Origin: Histomonas meleagridis 2922-C6/04-290x
Taxonomy: Eukaryota; Protista; Parabasalia
Direction of reading: 5' to 3'
DNA: 64,000 bases
Assembly (NCBI GenBank): GCA_020184695.1
Contig: JAANOX010000045.1
Location: 1-64,000 of the forward strand
Position 1 is the first letter of the stretch, and the number at the start of each line of letters is the position of its first letter. The notes below the pieces were generated by a model. It was not told the DNA's origin. It did no database searches and saw only the letters and a list, made by a program, of their open reading frames with translations. Positions 62,859 to 64,000 of the stretch are shown piece after piece. The position numbers were made by a program, and so were the translations under genes.

Positions 62859-63374
62859 TCATAATTCTTCTATAGGAAAGTTTGCTTTAGATTCAAGAAA
62901 CCTGATCATTAGGGATGGCTCAATCCTGTAAAGTTCTTTGGAAGATATGGTACTGATTTGATTGTCAGGATATCTAACTTCGTATTTTAATTCCTTTCCT
63001 GAAAGTGAGACATCGATTATTTCTTCTGGGCGAGCTAATAGCTTGCCTTTTGGCGCTAACTTTTCTTTAAACAATTTGTGCTTTTTAAGATATTCATCCA
63101 ATAATTCGGGACAATTAAGATTTTCCTCTGCTTCCCATGTGTTATCATCGTAACCATATCCTTTCCACTTTAACAAAAAACGCCTTTTCCCATTGGTGCC
63201 AATTTTGTGCGCAAGAATTTTTTCAACTTCATAAACATCTGGATCTTCTTCTTCTTCCTCTTCGCCTTCTTCATTATTTTTCGTTTCTTCAGGTTTTTTT
63301 ACTTCTTCTTCGACTTGTTCGATTTTTTCTTCTTTTTTTTCTCCTGATGTTTCTTCCTCCAAAATGTCGCTCAT
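62859..63374 (-). CDS. HP1-like chromodomain protein (chromo plus chromoshadow-like)
   Basis: [10 protein letters not shown]…[27 protein letters not shown] chromodomain; PEEIIDV…YEVRY…[11 protein letters not shown]-domain. The likely start is MSDILEEE at 63374. Confidence 0.88.
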   Translation of the reverse strand: MSDILEEETSGEKKEEKIEQVEEEVKKPEETKNNEEGEEEEEEDPDVYEVEKILAHKIGTNGKRRFLLKWKGYGYDDNTWEAEENLNCPELLDEYLKKHKLFKEKLAPKGKLLARPEEIIDVSLSGKELKYEVRYPDNQISTISSKELYRIEPSLMIRFLESKANFPIEEL

Positions 63375-64000
63375 TTGTTTATGACATTTGATATGAAAAG
63401 AAATGAAAACTTTGATTTTCATCGCAAAGGAAAATAATTTTGGATAATGAACAGCAGCGCTGGATACAAATTTGCATTTCTAGGAAATGATGGAATTCTT
63501 TTTTTTTTGTACCAAGGAGTGATGGAACATGATTAAGAAAATTCTTTATGAGAACGTTAAAAATTTACTTGGATGTTATCCGTATTAAATGAAATAATTC
63601 AGCATCATCATAATATTCTTTTCAGTACATATTTTTTATCATCGCTTTTATTTTGTTAAAAAATTTTGAAGGAAAAAAATAAGTAATTATTATTTTAAAA
63701 AAAAAAAAAAAAAAAAAAACACCACAGGAAGAGTACATGCGTTTATTGCAAAAATTAGAAAGAAAAATATTAATTGAATAATTTTTTTTTGAAAAACTCA
63801 TTTAACAAAATTAATTTTGTTTCCCTTAAAATTCTATGAAATAGTACAAATGTTGCATATACACTTACGGGCGTTTATTAAAAGAACTGACATTTACTCT
63901 TTCTTTTCTTTCTTGTTCAATCCTGCTTTGGCTCGCTTTACGTTCCTAAGGAATTTGCTGTTCATTCCTTTTGTGAACCAAAGTTGGACATTTCTTGCCT

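Overview
AT-rich eukaryotic nuclear DNA, most likely from a parabasalid (Trichomonas/Tritrichomonas/Histomonas-like). This is inferred from BspA-type LRR genes, DUF3447-type ankyrin genes, a BEACH gene, a [FeFe]-hydrogenase–diflavin reductase fusion and long intronless ORFs. Housekeeping genes are AP-1 gamma adaptin, DNA polymerase kappa, PCNA, Cdc48 and an HP1-like chromo protein. They are interspersed with pseudogenes (DDE_1 transposase, arsenite methyltransferase, Hsp70) and a ~7.7-kb inverted duplication (16830-24470 / 30602-38482) flanking Cdc48. The most striking feature is four ankyrin arrays with a 170-nt period. In each unit a clean ankyrin-coding block (TAL..AS..GHTEIVKLLLEQEGIDINAKD) is separated from the next by an 80-nt AT-rich segment that breaks the frame and has no usable GT-AG ends. 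That segment is conserved without gaps even in strongly diverged repeats. This points to an unrecognised intron-like, recoding or cassette system. Many other frameshifts sit in homopolymer runs and may be sequencing errors.
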